Part shown: positions 20,776 through 29,910 of the stretch, in pieces | Position numbering within the stretch: position 1 is the first letter of the stretch | Layout: each line of letters starts with the position of its first letter | NCBI GenBank assembly: GCA_963820525.1 | Contig: CAWGAA010000001.1 | Coordinates: 2,688,001-2,752,000, forward strand | DNA length: 64,000 nt | Direction: 5' to 3' | Origin: an uncultured Spirochaetota bacterium | GTDB taxonomy: Bacteria > Spirochaetota > Spirochaetia > SZUA-6 > Fen-1364 | Program-made: the position numbers and the translations under genes | Notes under the pieces: generated by a model | Database searches by the model: none | What the model saw: the letters and a program-made list of their open reading frames with translations, nothing else | What the model was told of the DNA's origin: nothing

Positions 20776-21884
20776 TAGGCGATATACCTCTCGCGCGAGA
20801 GCTTCGCGTGGGCGATCTTCAGCTTTCTGTCGATGTCGATGAAGTAGGGGCAGTGCGGGTTCAAGCTCCTGTAGTCCCGCTTCGGATCCACCTTGAGCGC
20901 GAGCCTCTCATACTCCTTTGCGGCGATTTCTTTCTGCGCGTACCAGAACTTCAGCCGCTCGCGAAGCGCGTAACGGCCGGAGTCCGACACGTGCATGTCG
21001 TCCATCTGGCGGTCGTAGAGGCCCTCGAGCAGGAAGACGGATTGCGGATCGAAGGATGCGTCCGCGCATTTACCGCAGAGCCTGCACACGTAGTTTCCGA
21101 GCTCCGGAGCGGCGGCATAGAGCTTCTCTGCTTCCGCGGCGCCGAGGGGCGTGAAGGATTCACATTCGGCCAGGTCGCTTTCAAGCATTTCCCGTGAATT
21201 GATTCCCATGACCACCGTGGTGATGGGCAGGCTCAAGGCATACCGGATGGCCGGCCTGAGCGAGCGGTACAGGTACCCATCGGCAACGGCTTTCATGGCA
21301 AGAACGCCGATTCCCTTCGAGCGGCACAGGGGAAGAAGCTCCCCCTCAACCGTCGGGAAGCTGAAGCGGTCGAAGTAGTTGAACTGCGTCATGAGAACCG
21401 CAAAGGGGAAGCGGGAGACGGCCGAGAGAAGCCCGTCCGGCCTGCCGTGGCCGGTGATGCCGATGAAGCGGACCTTGCCCGCCTTCTGCGCCTCGAGGGC
21501 CGCCTGAAGGGCGCCGTCCTCGGCAAGGATCAGATCGGCCTCGTTCACCGTGGCAACGCAGTGCATGAAAAGAACGTCGACGTGATCCGTGCGAAGGTTC
21601 CTCAGGCTTCGGTCCAGCTCCGATGCGCAGCCCGCCCGGTCGCGCTTGATGGTCTTGGTGGCAAGAAAATAATCCCCCCGCCGGCCGGCCACCGCCCTGC
21701 CGATCTTCTCCTCCGAAAGCCCATCCCCGTAGCCGGCAGCGGTCTCGATGTAGTTTCCTCCCTTATCGAGGTACGAATTGAGAAGGCGGGATGCCTCTTC
21801 CGCGGTGATCTCGATGAGATGAAAACCGCCGAACCCCAGCACGGAAGGCTCGAGGCCGGTGTTTCCGAGGCTTCTTTTTTCCAT
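20775..21884 (-). CDS. Aldo/keto reductase with C-terminal CxxCxxC (Fe-S-like) extension
   Basis: LGFGG, ETAAGYG..SE, LATK, SLRNLRTDHVD, GITGH, AMK, CRLCGKC. Confidence 0.88.
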   Translation of the reverse strand: MEKRSLGNTGLEPSVLGFGGFHLIEITAEEASRLLNSYLDKGGNYIETAAGYGDGLSEEKIGRAVAGRRGDYFLATKTIKRDRAGCASELDRSLRNLRTDHVDVLFMHCVATVNEADLILAEDGALQAALEAQKAGKVRFIGITGHGRPDGLLSAVSRFPFAVLMTQFNYFDRFSFPTVEGELLPLCRSKGIGVLAMKAVADGYLYRSLRPAIRYALSLPITTVVMGINSREMLESDLAECESFTPLGAAEAEKLYAAAPELGNYVCRLCGKCADASFDPQSVFLLEGLYDRQMDDMHVSDSGRYALRERLKFWYAQKEIAAKEYERLALKVDPKRDYRSLNPHCPYFIDIDRKLKIAHAKLSRERYIA

Positions 21885-21971
21885 ACTTACACCTCTTTGC
21901 TTGAAACGATACTGCCGAAACCTGTGGGCGGACAATATTGCGGAGAAACGCCCGGCAGCGGCTTCAGGCGG

Positions 21972-23738
21972 TCACGCCGGCACCTGCGCCGGTTCCAGCC
22001 GCTCGCTTCCCTGGTGCTTCCACAGGGAATAGTAAAGGCCCTTTCGCCGCAAGAGCTCCAGGTGCGGTCCCTGCTCCACAAGCCTTCCCCGGGAGAGCAC
22101 GACGATGCGGTCCGCGTGGGCGATCGTGGAGAGCCGGTGCGCAATCAGGATCGTGATGAAGCTCGGTCTGCCCGCGATCACCTGCTCGATCGTCTTGGTG
22201 ATTTCCTTTTCGGTCTCGGAATCCAGAGAGCTTGTCGCCTCGTCGAAGATGAGGATGTCGGGGTTTCGGAGCAGTGCGCGGGCGATGGCCAGGCGCTGCT
22301 TCTCCCCGCCGGAAAGCTTCAAGCCTCCCTCTCCGATCCGCGTATCCAGGCCGTTCCTGCTTTTCTCCAGCAGGCCCGCGAGCTGGGCCGCCTCCAGGGC
22401 CCGCACGCATTCCCCGTCAGTGGCTTGCGGCCGCACGAACAGGAGGTTGTCCCTGATGGTTCCGGCGAAAAGCTCGATGGATTGGGGAACGAATCCGACG
22501 CGATGGCGCAGGGCATCGTAGTTGACGCTTCCCGCGTCGATTCCGTTGAGGAGAATCTTGCCGCTGTCGGGCTGATACAGGCCGAGGAGGAGTTTTATCA
22601 GCGTGCTCTTTCCGGCGCCGGAGGGGCCCACGAACGCCACGCTCTCTCCGGCACGTGCCGTGAAGGTCACTTCCTGAAGCGCCGGATCGCGGGCGCTGGG
22701 ATGGCGGAAGCTCACGTGCGAGAACTCGATCGATTCGATTCCATTGGGCACCACTCCCGATGGGTTGGTCTGAGCGGGCTCCTGGGCGAGGATCCGACGG
22801 AAGTTATCCAGGCTGGCCCGGGTTTCCTGGTACTTGGAGATGACGCTTCCCAGCTCTCCCAGGGGCGAGAATATGAAGAAGGAGTACATCATCAGGCTGA
22901 AGAACTCCCCCAGGGTGATGAAATGGAAGTAGGTGAGGGCGAGCAGTTGGAGGATCAGGAGGGCGCGGAAGAAGTTTATCGCGGTCCCCTGCCCGAACAT
23001 GAGCACGCGTATTGTCCGTACCTTCTGGAGCTCCAGCCCGAGGATCTTCGTGTTGGTCGTGTTCAGCCGATCGATTTCCTGCGTTTCAAGGCCGAGGGAT
23101 TTGATGAGTTCGATGTTTCGCAGGCTCTCCGTCGTGGAGCCGGCCAGGCTGGTTGTCTCGCGGAAAATACTGGACTGGACCTGCTTGATGCGGCGGCTCA
23201 GCGTGGAGGTGAGGAGACCGACAAGGGGGGCCATCACGAGAAGCGACAGGCCGATGGACCAGTGGAGGGCAAAAGCGTAGCCGAGCACAAGGATGAGGAC
23301 GACGGAGGATACGAAAAGGGTATTAACGAACTGGGAGATGATGTCCCGGCTGTCGTTGCGGGCCTTCTCCAGCTGCTGGAGCACGGCGCCGCTCTGCTGA
23401 TCCTCGAATACCTGGTAGGGGAGGCGCAGGGAGTGACGGATCCCGTCGGCGTAGATCCGGGCGCTCACGGACTGGGAAACGACGTTCACAAAGTAGTCCT
23501 GGAAGTTCTTCGCGATCCTGCTCACCATGGCCACGGCCACGAAGGCGGCGATGAGAAGCCCCACCCCGCGAAGAAAAGCCCCCGTCGGGATACTGCCGAT
23601 CTTGGTCACGTAGTTGTCCACCAGGAGTCGGAAAACCTGCGGGTCCAGCAGGGAGAAGCCCTGGTTGATAAAGGCGAGGAAGATGGCCAGGAGAATCATG
23701 CCCCGGTGGGGCTTGAGATACGCGAGAAGAAGTTTCAT
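21972..23738 (-). CDS. ABC exporter, fused TMD-NBD (MsbA/MdlB-like)
   Basis: N-terminal TM domain, GPSGAGKST, LSGGEKQR, DEATSSLD, AHRLST. Confidence 0.93.
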   Translation of the reverse strand: MKLLLAYLKPHRGMILLAIFLAFINQGFSLLDPQVFRLLVDNYVTKIGSIPTGAFLRGVGLLIAAFVAVAMVSRIAKNFQDYFVNVVSQSVSARIYADGIRHSLRLPYQVFEDQQSGAVLQQLEKARNDSRDIISQFVNTLFVSSVVLILVLGYAFALHWSIGLSLLVMAPLVGLLTSTLSRRIKQVQSSIFRETTSLAGSTTESLRNIELIKSLGLETQEIDRLNTTNTKILGLELQKVRTIRVLMFGQGTAINFFRALLILQLLALTYFHFITLGEFFSLMMYSFFIFSPLGELGSVISKYQETRASLDNFRRILAQEPAQTNPSGVVPNGIESIEFSHVSFRHPSARDPALQEVTFTARAGESVAFVGPSGAGKSTLIKLLLGLYQPDSGKILLNGIDAGSVNYDALRHRVGFVPQSIELFAGTIRDNLLFVRPQATDGECVRALEAAQLAGLLEKSRNGLDTRIGEGGLKLSGGEKQRLAIARALLRNPDILIFDEATSSLDSETEKEITKTIEQVIAGRPSFITILIAHRLSTIAHADRIVVLSRGRLVEQGPHLELLRRKGLYYSLWKHQGSERLEPAQVPA

Positions 23739-23838
23739 GCGCAAAAGGTACGGGAAAAGAAAAAAGGAATCAATGCGGGGGCGATGCGTACTTACGGAAA
23801 ACCGCCGCTTCGGTGTATCTTTTTCCATAGGAGCGTGC

Positions 23839-24228
23839 ATGGCATCCATACTCGTGGTAGACGATGAGCTGAACGTGCGGCAGCTCGTGCGCAGGATCCT
23901 GGAACGCGCGGGACACAAGGTCAGCGAGGCGAGCAATGGTCTTGAGGCGATTGCCAAGCTGCGCGAAAAGACTTTCAATCTTGCAATCCTCGACGTCGTG
24001 ATGCCGGGAAAGGGCGGCATCGAGACCCTCGTGGAAATCAGGAACGACTTTCGCGCGCTGAAGATCATCATCATCTCGGGGAAGATCGACATTACCTCGA
24101 CGGCCTTCCAGAACATCACCTCGCATTTCGGGGTACAGCGGATACTGAAAAAGCCATTTGCGCCTGAAGATCTTCTGCGGGAGGTGGATGCGCTGCTCGA
24201 CGCGGGAGGGGGTGGGACGCGCTCCTGA
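23839..24228 (+). CDS. Single-domain response regulator (CheY-like)
   Basis: ILVVDDE, LDVVMPGKGG, ISG, KKPF; AGGAG RBS. Confidence 0.9.
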   Translation: MASILVVDDELNVRQLVRRILERAGHKVSEASNGLEAIAKLREKTFNLAILDVVMPGKGGIETLVEIRNDFRALKIIIISGKIDITSTAFQNITSHFGVQRILKKPFAPEDLLREVDALLDAGGGGTRS

Positions 24229-24235
24229 GGGGCCT

Positions 24236-24481
24236 CTATCTCATCCGCCTGAGTCCCTGGGAAAACAGAAGGATGAAGCCGACAAGGGCCACCGCCGCGC
24301 CGGCGATCATCTCCGCGATGGCCTGATTCTCACCCGCCGACTGCCCCGTGAAGAGCTTGCCGAGGGCGTTTCCGAGGGAAGAGGTGACATCGTTGTACGC
24401 GATGATCCCATAGACCAGCGAAGCGGCGCCGATGACGATGAGCACGAGACTGATCACGAAAAACACGTCGGTTCTCTTCAC
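24236..24481 (-). CDS. Small two-TM membrane protein (DUF3185-like)
   Basis: Two hydrophobic segments flanking 'SSLGNALGKLFTG'; AAGGAG RBS before GTG. Confidence 0.6.
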   Translation of the reverse strand: MKRTDVFFVISLVLIVIGAASLVYGIIAYNDVTSSLGNALGKLFTGQSAGENQAIAEMIAGAAVALVGFILLFSQGLRRMR

Positions 24482-24517
24482 GTTCACTCTCCTTTCAGCA
24501 CTCCCCAAAACCATGAA

Positions 24518-25471
24518 TCAGCCCCTGGCGCGCATGCCGAGCTCCGCCGGGTAGGGATCGAGAAAGCGCTGCCGCGACAAGTAGGGGTCTCGGAAGCGCT
24601 CTCCGTAGTGTCGTAAAAGGACGATGGGCACCAGAAGCGGCACGTGCCCCTCGCGGTATTCATTCACAACGGCGCTCACGTGCGCCGCTTCCCCCGAGGA
24701 CAATCTCCCCTTCAAGAGGGTGAAGACGGTAGTCAGCACCCGCGCGTTTTTTGCCACGGTTGTCTGCCGGGCCAGCGCTGCGGCGAGATCCGCTTCATAG
24801 CGTTCCATCAGCCTGCGTCTGCTCCTCGCGTTGGGGCGGGCCAAGAGGCGCCTCATCTCTGCGGCAGCTTCGGGGCTGTGCGCTTTGATCAGAAGCTCGT
24901 GGTCCGAGTGGAACTCGACAAGGCCTTCCAGCGTGGCGCCGGCGGCGAGGAAAAGCCGCCATCGTTTCACGACGAACGCAGCCTCGATGAACCTCTCCCG
25001 GGTTGAGGGATCTCCCATTCCCGCCTCATCGCTCACCGGCAGAAGGGGGAACCGCCGGGTGAATGCCGAGGCGAAGATCCCGCTGCCTCCCCGCGGGGCG
25101 CCTCCCGCGAAGGGATGGACCTTCACGCCCTGAAGGCCGCAGCTCGGCGAGCCCGCCTTGAAGATGAACCCGCACAACCCCTCTTCCTCCAGATCCCGGA
25201 GCCTGCGTTCCGCCCAGCGGCGCATCCGCTCGGTCTGGTCCTTGCCCGTCAACACGGTCATCAGGCGGGGCGAGGCGGGAACCCCTTTCAGCCGCATCGG
25301 CTCCCGGGGGATGGGAAATCCGCATTCGGACTCGGGACAGAGGCTTACCCATTCGACGTGGCGGCCGAGGATTCCGCGCAGATAGGGATCCAGGCAGTGC
25401 GCCCCGTCATAGCGCATCCTCTGCCCCAGGAGGCATGCGCTGATTCCGACTCTTGGTTTTCCGTCCACCAT
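24518..25471 (-). CDS. DUF523 (2-thiouracil desulfurase-like) + DUF1722 (YbgA) protein
   Basis: GISACLLG..RYDG, CPE, SPSCG, GIF, FH..H, YLSRQRFLDPYP. Confidence 0.9.
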   Translation of the reverse strand: MVDGKPRVGISACLLGQRMRYDGAHCLDPYLRGILGRHVEWVSLCPESECGFPIPREPMRLKGVPASPRLMTVLTGKDQTERMRRWAERRLRDLEEEGLCGFIFKAGSPSCGLQGVKVHPFAGGAPRGGSGIFASAFTRRFPLLPVSDEAGMGDPSTRERFIEAAFVVKRWRLFLAAGATLEGLVEFHSDHELLIKAHSPEAAAEMRRLLARPNARSRRRLMERYEADLAAALARQTTVAKNARVLTTVFTLLKGRLSSGEAAHVSAVVNEYREGHVPLLVPIVLLRHYGERFRDPYLSRQRFLDPYPAELGMRARG

Positions 25472-26070
25472 CACCGCAGCGCCTTTGTCGCGACGAACTC
25501 GCCGTATTGATCGCCGCGTTCGATCGCCCGCGTCTGGCTGCACTGAAACGACAAAAAGCCGTCGGGGTAGGCTTTTCCGTACGCGAGGTCCATGGCGGCG
25601 CGGCAGAATCCCGCCAGCATGAACGCGGCAGGCCGGCAGGTCGGGAATGTATCGTGAATCTCCGCTTCAAGGTACCCGCGGGCATGGACCACCATTTTTT
25701 CTCCGGGATCGAGGTAGGCGATCTCGGCATCGGCCCATCCCCAGGCGGCGAGAAGCGCAAAAAGACCGTGGAGGGTGTCTTCCGGCTCTTTTTCGATCAA
25801 TGGTCCCAGCGCGCTCCTGAACTCCGCCGAGCTTATGATCGCATGGCCGTCGTGGTACCCATATTCGGCGAAAGCATCCTCGAGTTTCCGCTCCTGGCCT
25901 TCGATCTCCGCCTCAGGGGTCGTTTTCAGTATCTTTTCCAGGAAGGAGATCCAGAAAGATCCCGGAAGAAGGAGAACCCGCGTGCCGAATACCGGGATCG
26001 CCCCCTCGTCGCTCGCTTCAAGGGCGATCATGCCGAGTATTTCCGACGCTTTTCGTCTGTCGAAAGCCAT
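25471..26070 (-). CDS. V4R (4-vinyl reductase) domain-like protein B
   Basis: AAWGWA, AFMLAG, 'QTRAIERGDQYGEFVA' matching the V4R E..C...GD..C.F end without those Cys. Confidence 0.65.
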   Translation of the reverse strand: MAFDRRKASEILGMIALEASDEGAIPVFGTRVLLLPGSFWISFLEKILKTTPEAEIEGQERKLEDAFAEYGYHDGHAIISSAEFRSALGPLIEKEPEDTLHGLFALLAAWGWADAEIAYLDPGEKMVVHARGYLEAEIHDTFPTCRPAAFMLAGFCRAAMDLAYGKAYPDGFLSFQCSQTRAIERGDQYGEFVATKALR

Positions 26071-26074
26071 TGAA

Positions 26075-26602
26075 TCAGCTCCGCGGCCGCACCACGAACT
26101 CGGATACGGGGTCTCCCATCACGATGCTCTTTGTCTCCTTTGCGGCGAAAGATCGCAAGCCCTGGCCGGTCAGCGCGGCAAAGGCGCCGGCCAGGTACCC
26201 GGCGGCGAGCACGTTGACGGGCTTCTGCGATTTTCCCCACCGTGAAATCCATGACTCGTCGAGCGTGGAACGGCTTAGTATTGCGCCGCCTCCCTCCAGG
26301 CCGATCGAAGAGATCGAAAGGAGGCCGAGCCCGGAGAGCCTGAAATGATCCTCCGTGATGGTTCTCCGCCGTTCCGCGGTTGTCTCTCCCGCGGCGAGAA
26401 AGATCCATTTGAGGGCCAGATAGACCGCTTCCTCCATGGCGTCAACCAGAAAAAGGGGCATGTCGCCTGCCCGCGTCTCCAGGGCCAGCTTCATCACGGT
26501 AAGCGCCGCAAGCGCTCCATGGATCGGCGTGGGGTCGGCATTGATATATCGCTTCGCCCGCGAGACGTCGACGGCGGACTGAAAAACCGGCTCCCCGATC
26601 AC
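26075..26602 (-). CDS. V4R domain-like protein A
   Basis: GTG 26602 overlaps the MCP stop (GTGA) with a GGAGG RBS; SGLGLL, AGYLAGAF, 'ETKSIVMGDPVSEFVV'. Confidence 0.65.
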   Translation of the reverse strand: MIGEPVFQSAVDVSRAKRYINADPTPIHGALAALTVMKLALETRAGDMPLFLVDAMEEAVYLALKWIFLAAGETTAERRRTITEDHFRLSGLGLLSISSIGLEGGGAILSRSTLDESWISRWGKSQKPVNVLAAGYLAGAFAALTGQGLRSFAAKETKSIVMGDPVSEFVVRPRS

Positions 26603-27837
26603 GAGGCGCCCTCCGTCGTCATTGAGCGGCCTATTTTCCACGCGATGTCCCAGGCGTGCGTCGATACCCTTCCCAGCCTGCTCACGGCATCGAGCATGGG
26701 GAAGCGGTCGGTCTCGATTCTGCGGGAGATCTCCGCGGCGCGCGCCGCGATGCCCTTGAGATCCGTAACGACCCGGCCCGCTTCGCGGTTGGCCGACCTC
26801 TGTTCTCCCACGGCTTCCCGCACCTGCTCGCTGATCGCCACCAGGGAGGTTGCGGCCTTGAGGATCTCGTCCGCCCCCCGCGTCTGTTCCGTTGTGGCAC
26901 CGGAGATCTCGGACACGACGCTCCGGGTCTGCCTCACGTCCTCGCTGATCTCCGTGAATCGCGATACGGCCTGGGAGCCCGTGTCCGATGCCTCGTTGAT
27001 CGTTCGAACGACGCTCTTCACCAGGCGGGAGATCTGCTTGGCGCTTTCCCCCGCGTTCTCGGCAAGCTTGCGGATCTCCGATGCCACGACGGAGAATCCC
27101 TTGCCGGACTCTCCCGCGTGGGCCGCCTCGATGGCGGCGTTCATGGAGAGGAGGTGCGTCTGATTGGCGATGTCCGTTATCACCGTGACGATCTCACCGA
27201 TCTGCTCCGAAAATCCGCGGACCGTCCGGATCGACTCGATGGCTTCGGCCACCGCGGTGCCTCCGCTTTCCGCTCTCCGCGATAGGGTCTCTGCAATCTC
27301 TCCTGCCCGAAAGCCGACTGCGGCCACGCTCCTGATCGAGGCCGTCATCTGCTCTATTGTTCCGGACAGCTCGGCAACCGCGGCGGACTGCTCCTCGATG
27401 CTCGTGGAGATCGTTTCGATGGAGCTCACGGTGGACTCGATGGCCGCGGACGCCGTTTCCACGGCCCTCTTCTGCTCCTCGACGCTCTCCACGACGGAGC
27501 GGATTGCGGAGATGAGGCCCGCGATGAGCCGGACAAAGACATCGTAGGTCCTTTCTAGGGCGCCTCCCGTCATCGTGAGCTCGTGGGAAAGGGCGCCCAT
27601 GGAAACCGGGACGGCTCCCGGCGCGACCACGATGATCCGCTCCGCTGCCCCCGCAAACCGGGAGGAGACCCTTCTTCCTTCAAGGGAAAAAGCTGTGAGG
27701 ATGAGGGCCGCCGCGGCAGTACCGCCAGCACCCAGCAGGAAGGGGTTCTTGACGAAGACAGCCTCGACGGCGAACAGAAGGGCTCCGGCCAGGAAGATCA
27801 CGCCGAACCCGAAGAACAGGCGCGCATGCAGTTTCAC
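26599..27837 (-). CDS. Methyl-accepting chemotaxis protein with two adjacent TM helices and no periplasmic sensor domain
   Basis: GGAGG + GTG 27837; IANQTHLLSMNAAIEAAHAGESGKGFSVVASEIRKLAE hairpin tip; EEQ methylation-type motifs. Confidence 0.9.
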   Translation of the reverse strand: MKLHARLFFGFGVIFLAGALLFAVEAVFVKNPFLLGAGGTAAAALILTAFSLEGRRVSSRFAGAAERIIVVAPGAVPVSMGALSHELTMTGGALERTYDVFVRLIAGLISAIRSVVESVEEQKRAVETASAAIESTVSSIETISTSIEEQSAAVAELSGTIEQMTASIRSVAAVGFRAGEIAETLSRRAESGGTAVAEAIESIRTVRGFSEQIGEIVTVITDIANQTHLLSMNAAIEAAHAGESGKGFSVVASEIRKLAENAGESAKQISRLVKSVVRTINEASDTGSQAVSRFTEISEDVRQTRSVVSEISGATTEQTRGADEILKAATSLVAISEQVREAVGEQRSANREAGRVVTDLKGIAARAAEISRRIETDRFPMLDAVSRLGRVSTHAWDIAWKIGRSMTTEGAS

Positions 27838-27987
27838 CGTAAGACCTCCGCGTACCGGGAGATGTCCGGGCGAAAGACGCGTGATGTGTCCGGTCCGCTG
27901 GATTGTAGCGGTTCGTGCATCTTTATTCAATGCAGGGTGATTTTCAGCTATAGTAGCCGGGAAACGTACGCCGGGAGGAGATGTACC

Positions 27988-29142
27988 ATGGAAGAATCGA
28001 GGCGCTTCATCGAAAACCTGAAAAAGGCGTGGCGCGACGAGAAGCTCGCCGCGATGAGCTACCGTGCCGCGGCAGGAGTCGAGAAGGATCCGCGCCGCAA
28101 GGAGATATTCCTGAAGATGGCCGCCGAGGAGGAGAAGCACGCCCGCCGTTGGGAGGAGCGCCTTCGCGAGCTCGGGGTTTCTCCAGGGGATTTCAAGCCG
28201 GGCCTGTCGGATCGGATCCGCCTGCAGTCCCTGCTGCAGCGGGGGACGGAGGCGCTGGCGGATGCAATGGAATCCTCGGAAAAGGACGCCGGAGGCTTCT
28301 ACGATACCCTCATCTCTCTCGCGCCAACCGAAGAAGACCGGACGGTGATCCGGGAGGTCCAGGGCGAGGAAAGCGGGCATGACAAGACCCTGGAGGAAAT
28401 GGGCACAAAGGCGGCGCGGCCGCTGGGGAGGCTCGAGGGGATGCTCGGCAGGGAACGATGGCACGTTCGGGGAGGCGGATGGATCGGCCAGGCCATCTAC
28501 GGGATCAATGACGGGCTGGGAGCGGCCTTCGGGATCGTGAGCGGCGTGGCCGGCGCCACCCACGTCAACGGCTCTTTCGTTCTCTTGAGCGGGTTCGCCT
28601 CCATGATAGCCTCCGCCCTTTCCATGGGGAGCGGCGCCTACCTCGCCACCAAGAGCGAGCGTGAGGTGTACCAGGCTGAAATGGACAAGGAGCGCACGGA
28701 GATCGAGCAGAACCCGGAAGAGGAGCGCGAGGAGCTCTCGCTCTTCTACCAGCTCAAGGGCTTTTCAGAGGGGGAAGCGGCCGCGATGGCCGCCCGGATC
28801 GCGGAAAAGCCCGAGGAGCTCCTCAAGACCCTGGCCCATGAGGAGCTGGGGTTGTCCGAGCGCGCCTTCCCCAACGAATGGAAATCTGCCGTGAGCGCGA
28901 CGATAAGCACGGCCATCGGAGCGGCCGTTCCCGTGCTTCCCTACCTCTTCACGACAGGGTTCACGGCTCTCGTTATCTCGTTTGCCATCAGCACGGCCGC
29001 CCATTTCGCCGTCGGCGCCGCCAAGGTCGTCGTCACGGGGCGCTCATGGCTCAAAAGCGGCCTGGAAATGATGCTGATCGGCCTGGGAGAGGCGGCGATA
29101 ACCTATGGGATCGGCCTCCTGGTGGCTCCGATGATGGGATAG
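27988..29142 (+). CDS. Rubrerythrin/ferritin-like + VIT1/CCC1 iron exporter (MbfA-like)
   Basis: N-terminal E..Y..EEKH..E..EESGH diiron pattern; YGINDGL, SMGSGAYL, HEELG VIT1 motifs. Confidence 0.88.
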   Translation: MEESRRFIENLKKAWRDEKLAAMSYRAAAGVEKDPRRKEIFLKMAAEEEKHARRWEERLRELGVSPGDFKPGLSDRIRLQSLLQRGTEALADAMESSEKDAGGFYDTLISLAPTEEDRTVIREVQGEESGHDKTLEEMGTKAARPLGRLEGMLGRERWHVRGGGWIGQAIYGINDGLGAAFGIVSGVAGATHVNGSFVLLSGFASMIASALSMGSGAYLATKSEREVYQAEMDKERTEIEQNPEEEREELSLFYQLKGFSEGEAAAMAARIAEKPEELLKTLAHEELGLSERAFPNEWKSAVSATISTAIGAAVPVLPYLFTTGFTALVISFAISTAAHFAVGAAKVVVTGRSWLKSGLEMMLIGLGEAAITYGIGLLVAPMMG

Positions 29143-29318
29143 GGCGGGCGACCGTCAAGCCGGGCGGGCGCTTCCGGCGCCTTGACTTGCTGTTGGGCCC
29201 CGGGGCGCTTGTGACGCGCTTAAGCGGGTGCCCACATATCTGCATAATGTTGATTTCCCGGTAATAACATGCATCATTGGCTTCATTCCAGATCACGCAA
29301 GAAAGGACGAGGTGTCAC

Positions 29319-29894
29319 ATGGCGGAAAAAAACTCGATCGGTGAAAAGCTGAAAGCGGTTCGCGACTCGCGCGGCCTCACCCGGGAGCAGCTCTGCGAGC
29401 GGGCCGGCCTCCCGATGGAGCTTGTCGAGCAGATCGAATCCGGCGCCCTCATACCTTCCTTGAGCCCCCTCATCAAGATCGCGCGGGCTCTCGGGGTGCG
29501 GCTGGGAACCTTCCTCGACGACCAGGAGAGCGTGGGACCCGTCGTGGTGCGCGCGGGAGAGCAGCGAAAGGTGATGCGCTTCTCGGACAAGGACCGCCCG
29601 GGGCCGAGCGACCTCGACTTCTTTTCCCTGGCCGCAAACAAGGCGTCCCGGCACATGGAGCCCTTCCTCATCGAGATCCATCCCTCCTCCGCCCAGGAGG
29701 CGAAGCCTTCGGCCCATGAGGGGGAGGAGTTCATCTACGTGTTCTCGGGGGACGTCGAGGTCGTCTACGGAAGCGAGATTTTCCGCTTGGCGGCGGGAGA
29801 CAGCATCTATTATGACTCCATCGTGGCGCACAACGTCCATTCCACGGGAAACCGCCCCGCCCAGATCCTTGCGGTGGTCTATGCGCCGTCCTGA
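29319..29894 (+). CDS. XRE-family HTH + cupin transcriptional regulator
   Basis: HTH '[15 protein letters not shown]', [24 protein letters not shown]. Confidence 0.92.
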   Translation: MAEKNSIGEKLKAVRDSRGLTREQLCERAGLPMELVEQIESGALIPSLSPLIKIARALGVRLGTFLDDQESVGPVVVRAGEQRKVMRFSDKDRPGPSDLDFFSLAANKASRHMEPFLIEIHPSSAQEAKPSAHEGEEFIYVFSGDVEVVYGSEIFRLAAGDSIYYDSIVAHNVHSTGNRPAQILAVVYAPS

Positions 29895-29910
29895 GCGGAT
29901 GGAGGATTGT

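Noticed and set aside
26599..28563. 654-aa version of the MCP
   Set aside because: The N-terminal extension is antisense to the VIT1 gene; GGAGG + GTG at 27837 gives a sensible start.
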